This document shows, piece by piece, positions 1 to 31,046 of a stretch of DNA of 64,000 nt. The notes beneath the pieces were generated by a model. The model was not told where the DNA came from, ran no database searches, and worked only from the letters and a program-made list of their open reading frames with translations. The translations under genes were made by a program, and so were the position numbers. Numbering within the stretch: position 1 is the first letter of the stretch; each line of letters opens with the position of its first letter. Origin of the DNA: Balanoglossus misakiensis (Eukaryota; Animalia; Hemichordata); contig CM082596.2 in the NCBI GenBank assembly GCA_040954595.2, positions 7,270,468 through 7,334,467 of the forward strand, in the 5' to 3' direction.

Positions 1-3000
1 CCATGAAAATCGTCCAGAAACCTCAATTTTTCGACTTCGCGAATTTTCAAAATCTGGTCATTTTTTGATAAAAACCATGGGTTATAGCCCATGAAAATCG
101 TCCAGAAACCTCAATTTTTCCACTTCGCGAATGTTCAAAATCTGGTCATTTTTTGATAAAAACCATGGGTTATAGCCCATGAAAATCGTCCAGAAACCTC
201 AATTTTTCCACTTCGCGAATTTTCAAAATCTGGTCATTTTTTGATAAAAACCATGGGTTATAGCCCATGAAAATCGTCCAGAAACCTCAATTTTTCCACT
301 TCGCGAATTTTCAAAATCTGGTCATTTTTTGATAAAAACCATGGGTTATAGCCCATGAAAATCGTCCAGAAACCTCAATTTCTCGACTTCGCGAATTTTC
401 AAAATCTGGTCATTTTTTGATAAAAACCATGGGTTATAGCCCATGAAAATCGTCCAGAAACCTCAATTTTTCCACTTCGCGAATTTTCAAAATCTGGTCA
501 TTTTTTGATAAAAACCATGGGTTATAGCCCATGAAAATCGTCCAGAAACCTCAATTTTTCCACTTCGCGAATTTTCAAAATCTGGTCATTTTTTGATAAA
601 AACCATGGGTTATAGCCCATGAAAATCGTCCAGAAACCTCAATTTCTCGACTTCGCGAATTTTTAAAATCTGGTCATTTTTTGATAAAAACCATGGGTTA
701 TAGCCCATGAAAATCGTCCAGAAACCTCAATTTCTCGACTTCGCGAATTTTCAAAATCTGGTCATTTTTTGATAAAAACCATGGGTTATAGCCCATGAAA
801 ATCGTCCAGAAACCTCAATTTCTCGACTTCGCGAATTTTCAAAATCTGGTCATTTTTTGATAAAAACCATGGGTTATAGCCCATGAAAATCGTCCAGAAA
901 CCTCAATTTTTCCACTTCGCGAATTTTCAAAATCTGGTCATTTTTTGATAAAAACCATGGGTTATAGCCCATGAAAATCGTCCAGAAACCTCAATTTTTC
1001 CACTTCGCGAATTTTCAAAATCTGGTCATTTTTTGATAAAAACCATGGGTTATAGCCCATGAAAATCGTCCAGAAACCTCAATTTTTCCACTTCGCGAAT
1101 TTTCAAAATCTGGTCATTTTTTGATAAAAACCATGGGTTATAGCCCATGAAAATCGTCCAGAAACCTCAATTTTTCCACTTCGCGAATTTTCAAAATCTG
1201 GTCATTTTTTGATAAAAACCATGGGTTATAGCCCATGAAAATCGTCCAGAAACCTCAATTTTTCGACTTCGCGAATTTTCAAAATCTGGTCATTTTTTGA
1301 TAAAAACCATGGGTTATAGCCCATGAAAATCGTCCAGAAACCTCAATTTTTCGACTTCGCGAATTTTCAAAATCTGGTCATTTTTTGATAAAAACCATGG
1401 GTTATAGCCCATGAAAATCGTCCAGAAACCTCAATTTCTCGACTTCGCGAATTTTCAAAATCTGGTCATTTTTCGATAAAAACCATGGGTTATAGCCCAT
1501 GAAAATCGTCCAGAAATCTCAATTTCTCGACTTCGCGAATTTTCAAAATCTGGTCATTTTTTGATAAAAACCATGGGTTATAGCCCATGAAAATCGTCGA
1601 GAAACCTCAATTTCTCGACTTTGCGAATTTTCAAAATCTGGTCATTTTTTGATAAAAACCATGGGTTATAGCCCATGAAAATCGTCCAGAAACCTCAATT
1701 TCTCGACTTCGCGAATTTTCAAAATCTGGTCATTTTTCGATAAAAACCATGGGTTATAGCCCATGAAAATCGTCCAGAAACCTCAATTTTTCCACTTCGC
1801 GAATTTTCAAAATCTGGTCATTTTTTGATAAAAACCATGGGTTATAGCCCATGAAAATCGTCCAGAAACCTCAATTTTTCCACTTCGCGAATTTTCAAAA
1901 TCTGGTCATTTTTTGATAAAAACCATGGGTTATAGCCCATGAAAATCGTCCAGAAACCTCAATTTTTCCACTTCGCGAATTTTCAAAATCTGGTCTTTTT
2001 TTGATAAAAACCATGGGTTATAGCCCATGAAAATCGTCCAGAAACCTCAATTTCTCGACTTCGCGAATTTTCAAAATCTGGTCATTTTTTGATAAAAACC
2101 ATGGGTTATAGCCCATGAAAATCGTCCAGAAACCTCAATTTTTCGACTTCGCGAATTTTCAAAATCTGGTCATTTTTTGATAAAAACCATGGGTTATAGC
2201 CCATGAAAAATCGTCCAGAAACCTCAATTTTTCGACTTCGCGAATTTTCAAAATCTGGTCATTTTTTGATAAAAACCATGGGTTATAGCCCATGAAAATC
2301 GTCCAGAAACCTCAATTTCTCGACTTCGCGAATTTTCAAAATCTGGTCATTTTTTGATAAAAACCATGGGTTATAGCCCATGAAAATCGTCCATAAACCT
2401 CAATTTCTCGACTTCGCGAATTTTCAAAATGTGGTCATTTTTTGATAAAAACCATGGGTTATAGCCCATGAAAATCGTCCAGAAACCTCAATTTTTCGAC
2501 TTCGCGAATTTTCAAAATCTGGTCATTTTTTGATAAAAACCATGGGTTATAGCCCATGAAAATCGTCCAGAAACCTCAATTTTTCCACTTCGCGAATTTT
2601 CAAAATCTGGTCATTTTTTGATAAAAACCATGGGTTATAGCCCATGAAAATCGTCCAGAAACCTCAATTTTTCCACTTCGCGAATTTTCAAAATCTGGTC
2701 ATTTTTTGATAAAAACCATGGGTTATAGCCCATGAAAATCGTCCAGAAACCTCAATTTTTCCACTTCGCGAATTTTCAAAATCTGGTCATTTTTTGATAA
2801 AAACCATGGGTTATAGCCCATGAAAATCGTCCAGAAACCTCAATTTTTCCACTTCGCGAATTTTCAAAATGTGGTCATTTTTTGATAAAAACCATGGGTT
2901 ATAGCCCATGAAAATCGTCCAGAAACCTCAATTTTTCGACTTCGCGAATTTTCAAAATCTGGTCATTTTTTGATAAAAACCATGGGTTATAGCCCATGAA

Positions 3001-3720
3001 AATCGTCCAGAAACCTCAATTTCTCGACTTCGCGAATTTTCAAAATCTGGTCATTTTTTGATAAAAACCATGGGTTATAGCCCATGAAAATCGTCCATAA
3101 ACCTCAATTTCTCGACTTCGCGAATTTTCAAAATGTGGTCATTTTTTGATAAAAACCATGGGTTATAGCCCATGAAAATCGTCCAGAAACCTCAATTTTT
3201 CCACTTCGCGAATTTTCAAAATCTGGTCATTTTTTGATAAAAACCATGGGTTATAGCCCATGAAAATCGTCCAGAAACCTCAATTTTTCCACTTCGCGAA
3301 TTTTCAAAATCTGGTGATTTTTTGATAAAAACCATGGGTTATAGCCCATGAAAATCGTCCAGAAACCTCAATTTTTCCACTTCGCGAATTTTCAAAATCT
3401 GGTCATTTTTCGATAAAAACCATGGGTTATAGCCCATGAAAATCGTCCAGAAATCTCAATTTCTCGACTTCGCGAATTTTCAAAATCTGGTCATTTTTTG
3501 ATAAAAACCATGGGTTATAGCCCATGAAAATCGTCCAGAAACCTCAATTTTTCGACTTCGCGAATTTTCAAAATCTGGTCATTTTTTGATAAAAACCATG
3601 GGTTATAGCTCATGAAAATCATCCAGAAATGTCAATTTTTCGACTTCGCGAAATTTCCAAATTTGGTCATGAGCTATAACCCATGATTTTTTTCAAAAAA
3701 TGAAGAAATTTTAGACAATT
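1..3720 (+). repeat. Satellite array A, 88-bp monomer, about 41 near-identical copies; continues off the left edge of the window
   Basis: The monomer CCATGAAAATCGTCCAGAAACCTCAATTTTTC(C/G)ACTTCGCGAATTTTCAAAATCTGGTCATTTTTTGATAAAAACCATGGGTTATAGC recurs at 1, 89, 177 and onward. It degenerates after about 3600. Confidence 0.99.
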
Positions 3721-4374
3721 TTCATGAGCTGTAATCCATGATATATATCCAAAAAAAGAAAATCACCAAAATCATTGCTAACTTGGAACTTGTACATACA
3801 TGTATACATTTCACCCTATGTGAAAAGCGACAACATAAAAGATCAAAACTCAATGAGAAAGACAGCGGCGGGTTACGAACCCCAGTCATCCAATCATTAG
3901 GCCAAAACCTTATCCACTGACCCAAGGTGACTGACGAAGGATAAAACCCAAAAAGTATTAAATGATGATCAAACTCGTGAAATTTAAAAAAAAAAAATAT
4001 GGCTCGGTCTCATTATAGTCAGTACTGTTAAAACTAACTATAATGAGACCGAGCCTGATTTCGATCGATAATTTCCCTCGCATTTTTTTTTAAATTGAAG
4101 AAATTTTGAAAAGTCGAAAAATCGTCGTTTTTTGATGATTTTCATTTGCTGCACCAGGTGATTCACCGTCAAAGGAATCGAGCACATACATAATGACAAC
4201 CCAGTATTGAAACTGCGGAAAGCACGGAAATTAAAGAACACATTTAATCACAATAACATCCACTGACCAGAGCAGCACGGGGCCGCATCCCCGTCCACGC
4301 CGGATCTGACACCCAGCGATACCGTGGCAACAGAAGACACAGCTATTTCTACCACCGAAAATCAGACAAAAACG

Positions 4375-4780
4375 ACCCATGAAAAATGTCAAAAAATAAC
4401 AAAATGACCAAAGTTCGCAAAGTTGGGAAATTGTCATATTTGGACAATTTTCATGAGCTATAACCCATGAAAAATGTCAAAATCGCCAAAAATCACATAG
4501 TTTGGAAATTGTCATTTTTGGACAATTTTCATGAGCTATAACCCATGAAAAATGTCCAAAAAGGACAAAATCACCAAAGTTCGCATAGTTGGGAATTTGT
4601 CATTTTGACAATTTTCTTGAGCTATAACCCATGAAAAATGTCTAAAAATGACAAATTTACCAAAGTTCGGAAAGGCGAAAAATTGTCATCTTTTGACAAT
4701 TTTCTTAAGCTATAACCCATGTAAAAGGTCCAAAAATGACAAACACACCAAAGTTCGCAAATTCGGGAATTTGTCATTTG
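4375..4780 (-). repeat. Diverged satellite sub-array B, inverted relative to A, 78-88 bp units
   Basis: Repeats of (G/A)AGCTATAACCCATG, the reverse complement of CATGGGTTATAGCT, at about 4455, 4533, 4619 and 4707. Confidence 0.9.
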
Positions 4781-5189
4781 GCTGTTAATTAATCTGACGA
4801 GACCTAGTTAGTTAATTTTCTTTAAAGTACATGTATACGTATAAACCCATTTATTATTAGTCACATATTAAATGATGCTGAATGTCTTCTCTCGAGCGCT
4901 GCTGACTGCAGAGATGAAAGGAACGAAATATGTTGAATAATTTATCATTCAAAGCTGCTACAAAGGCCGTGCTTAGCTTTGTTGCACTGGATTCAGCTCA
5001 AGTTGTTGGGCTGAAGACACGGCCCACACTGCTGGCCGAGGAGCTGACTTCAAGATGGGACGACAGTTTCGAGTACGGACGTTTCTGCCTCCACTGATGT
5101 TTGTCTTGATTCTAGCTGGAGTCGACCCTATCGGTTCTCAAACTGGTAAGTGGATAAATTTTCCTTTGTTAATTTCCAAACCGAGAAAA

Positions 5190-5750
5190 CCAAATTTGGT
5201 GTTTTTGTCATTTCTGCACATTTTTCATGGGTTATATAGCTCATGAAAATTGTCAAAAATCGACCATTTTCTGACTTCGCTGATTTTGGTGTTTTGTCAT
5301 TTCTGCACATTTTTCATGGGTTATAGCTCATGAAAATTGTCAAAAATCGAACATTTTCCGACTTCGCTGATTTTGGTGTTTTTGTCATTTCTGCACATTT
5401 TTCATGGGTTATAGCTCATGAAAATCGTCAAAAATCGAACATTTCCCGACTTCGCTGATTTTGGTGTTTTTGTCATTTCTGCACATTTTTCATGGGTTAT
5501 AGCTCATGAAAATTGTCAAAAATCGAACATTTTCCGACTTCGCTGATTTTGGTGTTTTTTGTCATTTCTGCACATTTTTCATGGGTTATAGCTCATGAAA
5601 ATTGTCAAAAATCGAACATTTCCCGACTTCGCTGATTTTGGTGTTTTTGTCATTTCTGCACATTTTTCATGGGTTATAGCTCATGAAAATTGTCAAAAAT
5701 CGACCATTTTCCGACTTCGTGGATTTTGGTGTTTTTGTCATTTCTGCATG
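5190..5750 (+). repeat. Satellite sub-array C, a second 88-bp subfamily, about 6 copies
   Basis: CATGGGTTAT(AT)AGCTCATGAAAAT at 5226, 5315, 5403, 5491, 5580 and 5668 (period 88-89). It shares its core with array A. Confidence 0.95.
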
Positions 5751-5947
5751 CCCAACTCAATTTTCTGATGGCTCAAAACATGTTTTTGACTTAGAATTTT
5801 ATTGCACATTTGTTCAAACCAAAATGCATGCGCGGTTCAGGCTTGCTTTTGAAAAATAAACATTGGTTGGTCATCATTTCTGCTTTGACAAAATCCATTA
5901 TTTTCAATGTCAAAAATGTTGTTTAGTTTGCCTTTCAACTATTCGTA

Positions 5948-6160
5948 TAGACTAGCCCACTAGTCGCTTGGCGATTTTTAAATCTCAATACTTTTTGTGT
6001 TTTCGGTGGTTTTTGTCTTAATAAAAATTTCAATACTTTTTGCGTGCATGCTTGCCTTGAGCGTGTTTTTGGTAGTGAGGTGAGTTTCGAATTTGGGACC
6101 GAGCTTGTGGTTTCGGGCCTACTCGTTCCCTACACATAATGATAGGAGCAAGTCTACTAT
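5948..6160. mobile_element. Non-autonomous DNA transposon/MITE with TAGACT...AGTCTA termini, copy 1
   Basis: Closely similar to 48011-48260, with short terminal inverted repeats. Confidence 0.75.
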
Positions 6161-6374
6161 TCATATACAGATAGTTACTTCAATGCTTGGAAAATACATA
6201 GTTGTTAGCTTGTAATTCCGCGCGCTGTTATTTCAAAATGTTTGGGTAAATCTTGTAACGGCATACCAGAGCAGACTAACTTTTGCGTCTCTGTGGTTTT
6301 TGGAAGACCTCATTTCTAGCGCAGTATGTGCCTCGAACATCAACGTCGTATTTTTTTCTCAAATTTTCCTCAAC

Positions 6375-6618
6375 TTAAAGGGAGGGGGTCGTCGCGCCGC
6401 GTGGGTGTCCCCCCTCGATGAGAATATGTCCTCCCATACCAGCGCAAACTCCACTGCAGCTGCCACGACCTACTAGAATCTTCAGTTGCTGTCGTGCCCA
6501 GTCTACGCTACGGTTGGATGTTTCGTTCATCCTAAGAATTATTGAATGTCAGGGATTTGCGGATGAATTGTAATGCTTATAAACAAACAAACGCGGCGCG
6601 ATGACCCCTTCCCTTTAG
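6375..6618. mobile_element. TTAA-flanked MITE family K1 (Kolobok-like termini), copy 1
   Basis: TTAA-AGGGAGGGGGTCGTCGCGCCGCGT ... ACGCGGCGCGATGACCCCTTCCCT-TTAG. Other copies lie at 13771-14018 (inverted) and about 63640-63725 (partial). Confidence 0.85.
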
Positions 6619-9436
6619 GACTACCAGTATTTATCTTTAAATTGAGAATAAAAATCGGATTGGTCTTCATGCAAAATTTTAAATGCGGGAGCATAATTGT
6701 CCCAAAGTTGAAAATCAAAATGGTCGCCATGTAATTAGTCTATGGAGAAAATATATATAAAAACAACGAAAGACGATGAACCGGCTGTTTTCTTCTGCTT
6801 TGTTTTCAAAAAGACTCCTCAAAACAATTTAATATATTTAGATTAGAATGAATTCGGATGACTATTATTTTCCCGAAAACCTGACCCGGTGGTACATACA
6901 ACCTAAATTTTAGCATCTCTTATTTCATTTAGAAAAGTTTGTTAAAATCCCTTTCAATTTCACGTGAGCTGAAAAATGATAAGCTAATCCACAAGCACTC
7001 CATTCCGACTGTGTCTTTAGGCTAGCAAGACAAAATAAAATAAAACATTTAGAATCTCCCATGAAGCATGCGATCAATTTACTGGTGGCCATCCATGCAT
7101 GACAATACAGGACTGGTGTGAAAACACATATTCCCAAAGAATGCAATCCAATAGTTCAAAACATCTTTATATTTAATGAGAGTGCCTGGTACACATGCAA
7201 AGTAACAATAGTTCACAGAAGTAAATGTTCGCCTGCAGGGTACAGTTACCCAGTCATGCGAATCCAGTTGTCGTCTTTCTAAAAGTTGGATTTTCATTTT
7301 AATTATCTAAAACGTTTGAAATTATAATGAAACATACAAACTCTATCAGCCATACCTGTACATAAAAAATTAATTCTAACAGTTTGATGGAACACCTGTA
7401 GCAAATATGTAGATTTATATTGACAGAAATGTAATTGCTATTAACTTTTGGTTTCAATCATAAACTTTCCAACTTGTCAGGCTCACTTCTACAGTGAAGG
7501 TCAGAAATTACAGGACAAACATATATGAATTTAATGTGGATTAATATCAAAGATTGAAAGTATGCGAATCGGGAAGTAAACGCAACTATACAGGGTGCTC
7601 CATTCAGGATGGCATCAACCGGGGGTAGGGGATATGTCTCCCTTTGCCAGAATTAGAAGAAAAAAATACAAAGTCAGACATTGCCCTTATCAAATGACAC
7701 AAACTTCATGAAAGCAGCTTATTGACACGGCGGAGTAAAATCATACGAGGTCACCACCTATAGATTTCCTCAAATTTGATGCAGTACTTCTGCGTATATG
7801 TCTTACATCCATTAATATTCTCCATACTATAAGACCATAAATAATTGTTAAGCAGGCCAAAAGTTCTATTGTAAATATCACACAAGCTCGAAATGTAACA
7901 ATACTACACCCTGCGGCTGAAGAAACTTTACTATTCGTACTTACTTCAATCTAACACACAACACATTCTTTTCAAGATGAAATAAAAATGAATTTTTTAA
8001 TACCTCTGACACACCAAGCGATTAATTTACTCGTGGTCAGCCATCCGTGACATCAGGTTCGGAAACGCATAATAAGAAATTCACTCTTTGACATAAACAT
8101 TTCTGTTGTAATTATTGAGCTCAGAATCCCCTCAGAGTATATATTTTCTAAAAGCTTGGTTGCTTCAATGCGACCATTGTTCACACAACTATCACGTGAT
8201 AGGCAATTTAAATAACCTTAAAAAGTTTTCTCAACGTTTTGTGTCAACGCTTTGAGATGTCCGGCTCAATTTAGCTTGAATACAATCTGTCGAAAACTAT
8301 CATACAAAGTGTGTCTAGAACTTTTTAATTCCCCTAGATCGATTTTTTTATGATGCAAAATTCCGGAGCAATATAATTTATCCACTGCTGCCTCTAAATT
8401 TGTTCGGCCATAAAAAGCAACCAAAATGTTCCTCTATATCTAAGCTTTCAGGGTGCATTTCTTATTCTGCACCTTCAATCATTTGTCTGGCCAAGTTAAA
8501 AACACGGACAAAATAACAATGGCATCATTGCTATGCTTCATCTCCATACCAAGATGGCGCTTCTAATAAATTATGTTTCCATAGGTTTTACAAGTCCACA
8601 TCATGAATATGCAAATTCGAGACGCCATCTTGTTCTGGAGAATATTAAATGGCAGTCATTGTCGGTTACGTAAGAGGGGCGCGTGGCTATGCTTACGTGT
8701 GCGTTGGTGAAAAGAGCAGCAAGCTTGAAGAAATGGCACGTTTCTCGCCTCACCGAGACCTGCAACTTTTCCACGGGAAGTTTTTTTCCAAACTCCTGCA
8801 ATAACCAGTTATCTCCGTTGGCTTCTCCTCGGTTTTCGCTTCATTTTTAGTGCTGTACACGCCGCCGTCAGCATGCTTTCATCTCGAAAGGGGTGACATG
8901 AATTGGGGGCGTGAACACACGTGTGAATAAAGCGCCCTTTGTGAACTCTTAATATATTACCGCTCTTAACCAATAGAAATCTCCACGCGCATTCCATAGG
9001 CTATTCATTAGCTGACTAAAGCAGTGGCCGCTTCTTGATTGGTTATGCTTTACACCAGGTGTTGGTGACGTATTTTATTCCGGCTTACGCGCTCGCAGTC
9101 GTTCAGATACAGAATGCCACTCGGATTGTGGCGCTGGTGTTGTTCAATTATCGTCCACTCGCGTGGGTCGAAGGCTCGACAACAGTCTCCCTAACATATG
9201 AACGATTGTCCCCCGTTTATGCATGATTGCGATAGTAGTTGTTCTACCTTATTTTACTATGAATAATGTTGAAAATAAGTTAAACATTACGGCTGAAATA
9301 TTGCAGCAATGGTATATACAAGACTGTGTTTCGATTAAATTTGACGTGAAGAATATAGGTCATGTGAGGTGCACAGCTGGTAAATACAAATTTGAAGTAG
9401 CCAGAAATGATATTGATAGAAAGGCTGACAAACTTT

Positions 9437-9610
9437 TCATTCATTCATTCATTCATTCATTCATTCATTCATTCATTCATTCATTCATTCATTCATTCAT
9501 TCATTCACCCATCCATCCACCCATCCTCGTTCGTTCGTTCATTCATTCATTCATTCATTCATTCATTCATTCATTCATTCATTCATTCATTCATTCATTC
9601 ATTCATTCGT
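9437..9610 (+). repeat. (TTCA)n microsatellite
   Basis: Direct reading. It ends immediately before the acceptor TCCAG at 9611-9615. Confidence 0.97.
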
Positions 9611-9615
9611 TCCAG

Positions 9616-28680
<19,065 letters not shown>

Positions 28681-29108
28681 ACTGCAAATATTTATCATTG
28701 CAGCCGTTTAGAATAAGACACTGTTGTTATTACTGTATAAATTAGTGATGACTCAAACATTTATGCATGAGGATTTTGAATTCGACAACTACTAGTATGT
28801 ACTTTCTATATCTGTAGTTCACAGCCGAATTGAATACATTAATCTCGAGATCAATATATGTAGCAAGTTTGCAAATTGGTCAGTGACTATAGCTATATAT
28901 CTCTAACTGCAACTTCATTAAATATGTAAATTAGCATATTTGGACAAGTAATCGTGATATGTTCTTTAGTGTAATCACATGTCAGTAAGATCAGTGTCAC
29001 TAGCAAAGTTCGTCAAAAACGATACAGTAACCTGTATATTATTATATCAGCAAATAATTATGTAAATGTTTATTAATTAAAATTCGCATGTCAAAAATCT
29101 ATATAGGA

Positions 29109-29114
29109 AATAAA
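29109..29114 (+). terminator. Candidate polyadenylation signal of the adhesion GPCR
   Basis: AATAAA about 430 nt after the stop, followed by GT/T-rich sequence. Confidence 0.45.
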
Positions 29115-29774
29115 GTTTCTGTTAGCTACATCTGACAAGTAGTTTGTTTTCCATACTTTGTGTATACATGTGGTTGGCAAAGGAAATGTTGACGTGTTTG
29201 TTTACCCTGGTCCGAACAGCGTACCCCCCCCCCCTAAACCAGCACTATCGAAGATGGTTATCCTTTTGCTGAAATACGATGCGCAACACTGACAAATACA
29301 GTATCTTTTTAAATAAGAACACTTGTCTTTCAAAGAGATACCATGTTCACACTGGGTAAAACTAGAACGTTTCAGAAACACTCTTTGCCATTTGTAAACG
29401 CAGAGGGTTAATCCTTTGGGTCGCTGTGTCCACACACACACACAGTTAAAGCATGGACCCTGGCGCTGGGCGCCAGTCTGACAACGTGTTGCGGAGAAGT
29501 GGCCGGTAAAGCCGTCTCAAATTTGAAACGTTCTAGGACCACTTAAACTGTTCACACGTAATAATTCATGCCAGTATTTGGCACAAATAATCATCCGATG
29601 TAAGACGAGTTAACGCTTTGCCGTGTTATATATGTGTTGATGTATGGTGTACTGAGTTGCAACGGATCAAAGGGAAATATCTCAGTACACAGTCACTACA
29701 CACACATAGAGTGACCGTGCTTGGTTTAAACCGAAGTGCATGTGACACCAATCGAATGTTGCTGTCATTCACGA

Positions 29775-31046
29775 TCAGACCAGGGTTTGGGTGCGACCGT
29801 CCGAGCATTGGGGACATTCAGACGGAATGCTATTTTCTCTTTGAAGAGCCGCGCATTTATAAGAAGCCACCACCGACCGTCTCTTCTTCACCAATGGCAG
29901 CATTGCAAGGACGGACCACCAAATGCGCCGATAGGCGTGCCTGAAGTTGTCGCTGCCTCGCGCGTATATCAGGGGGTTGAGGGCGCTGTTGGTGTAGATC
30001 AACCACTTGAAGAAGCGGAAACCGGCGTACGGGAGCTTCAGACAGTAATACCGGTAATCGCACTGGGACAGGCGCAGCTGAGCGACGATGAACGGCAGCC
30101 AGCAGATGAAAAACGTCAGAATTACAATGCCGACTATCTGCGCCGTTTTGTACTCTCTCGTCAGCAGCCGTCTGGCCCGCCTCGTCCTGGTCCCCTCTCC
30201 GCGACATTCGGCAGAATCGCTGTTCGAACTACCACCGCTGCCGCCCCGGTGTATCCGCATTTCGACGTTCTCGCGGGCCGACGAGATTCCGCTGAAGGTG
30301 ACCCGCCTCCTGCCCGCTGAAATGTTCTTCATCTGCCTCGTGGCGATCAGGTAGATCCTGAAGTAGGCGAAGAGGAAGACCACGGCCAGGAAGAGCAGGC
30401 TGGAGAGCGCCGTCACCAGATAATTCCGGGCGTTCTGCGTGAACTCGCACGCGCGGTCGGTGACGATGTCGTTCGTGGCGTGCCACCACAAAATACACGG
30501 GAACGACAGGCACACGGCTATGAACCACACGGCGAGTATCATAGCGGCCGCCTTCCTTCGGGACAGTCCCCGCCTGTACTGTATGGGGTAAACGACAGCT
30601 ATGTATCTGTCGAGGGAGATCAGGGCGATGTTGCCGATGCACGCCAGGCCGCTGAGGACCTCGCTGGCCTTCCAGAAGTCACACACCAGCGCGCCCATGT
30701 TCCAGACACCGCCGGACAAGTCGTAGACTATCGCCAGGGGCATGACCACCAGCCCCATGATGAGATCGGCGAGCGACAGCGACAGGATGAAACTGTTCGT
30801 CACCGTCCGCAGGAAGCGTTCCCTGACCACGGCCACGACGACGAAGACGTTGCTGACGACGGTGAAGAGGCTAAGGCAGGCTAAGAAAATCCCAAGCGGA
30901 GGCAACAGCCAGGCCGGCAGCATGTAGGCCGTGCGCTGCTGGGCAGCGCTGGCGTTGACGCTGACATAAGCTGTATCGTTCATCTGAACATCCTCCGTTG
31001 CAAAATTAAGGAAACAACTGGTGTTGCTGTCCACATCATCACACAT
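29775..31046 (-). CDS. Class A GPCR with an intronless CDS, invertebrate-type dopamine receptor (INDR/Dop1R2-like), 423 aa
   Basis: RERFLRTVTNSFILSLSLADLIMGLVVMP, SLDRY, SFPCILWW, CEFT, MRIHRGG in ICL3, CWLPF and NSALNPLIY. RIHRGG and SFPxIxWW are features I recall from Dop1R2/INDR receptors. Confidence 0.9.
   Translation of the reverse strand: MCDDVDSNTSCFLNFATEDVQMNDTAYVSVNASAAQQRTAYMLPAWLLPPLGIFLACLSLFTVVSNVFVVVAVVRERFLRTVTNSFILSLSLADLIMGLVVMPLAIVYDLSGGVWNMGALVCDFWKASEVLSGLACIGNIALISLDRYIAVVYPIQYRRGLSRRKAAAMILAVWFIAVCLSFPCILWWHATNDIVTDRACEFTQNARNYLVTALSSLLFLAVVFLFAYFRIYLIATRQMKNISAGRRRVTFSGISSARENVEMRIHRGGSGGSSNSDSAECRGEGTRTRRARRLLTREYKTAQIVGIVILTFFICWLPFIVAQLRLSQCDYRYYCLKLPYAGFRFFKWLIYTNSALNPLIYARGSDNFRHAYRRIWWSVLAMLPLVKKRRSVVASYKCAALQRENSIPSECPQCSDGRTQTLV

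Noticed and set aside
1-3650. CRISPR-like array of palindromic repeats
   Set aside because: The whole 88-bp unit repeats with no unique spacers, there are no cas genes, and the context is eukaryotic.
29736-30927. Several + strand ORFs opposite the amine receptor
   Set aside because: They are antisense shadows of a high-GC coding region.
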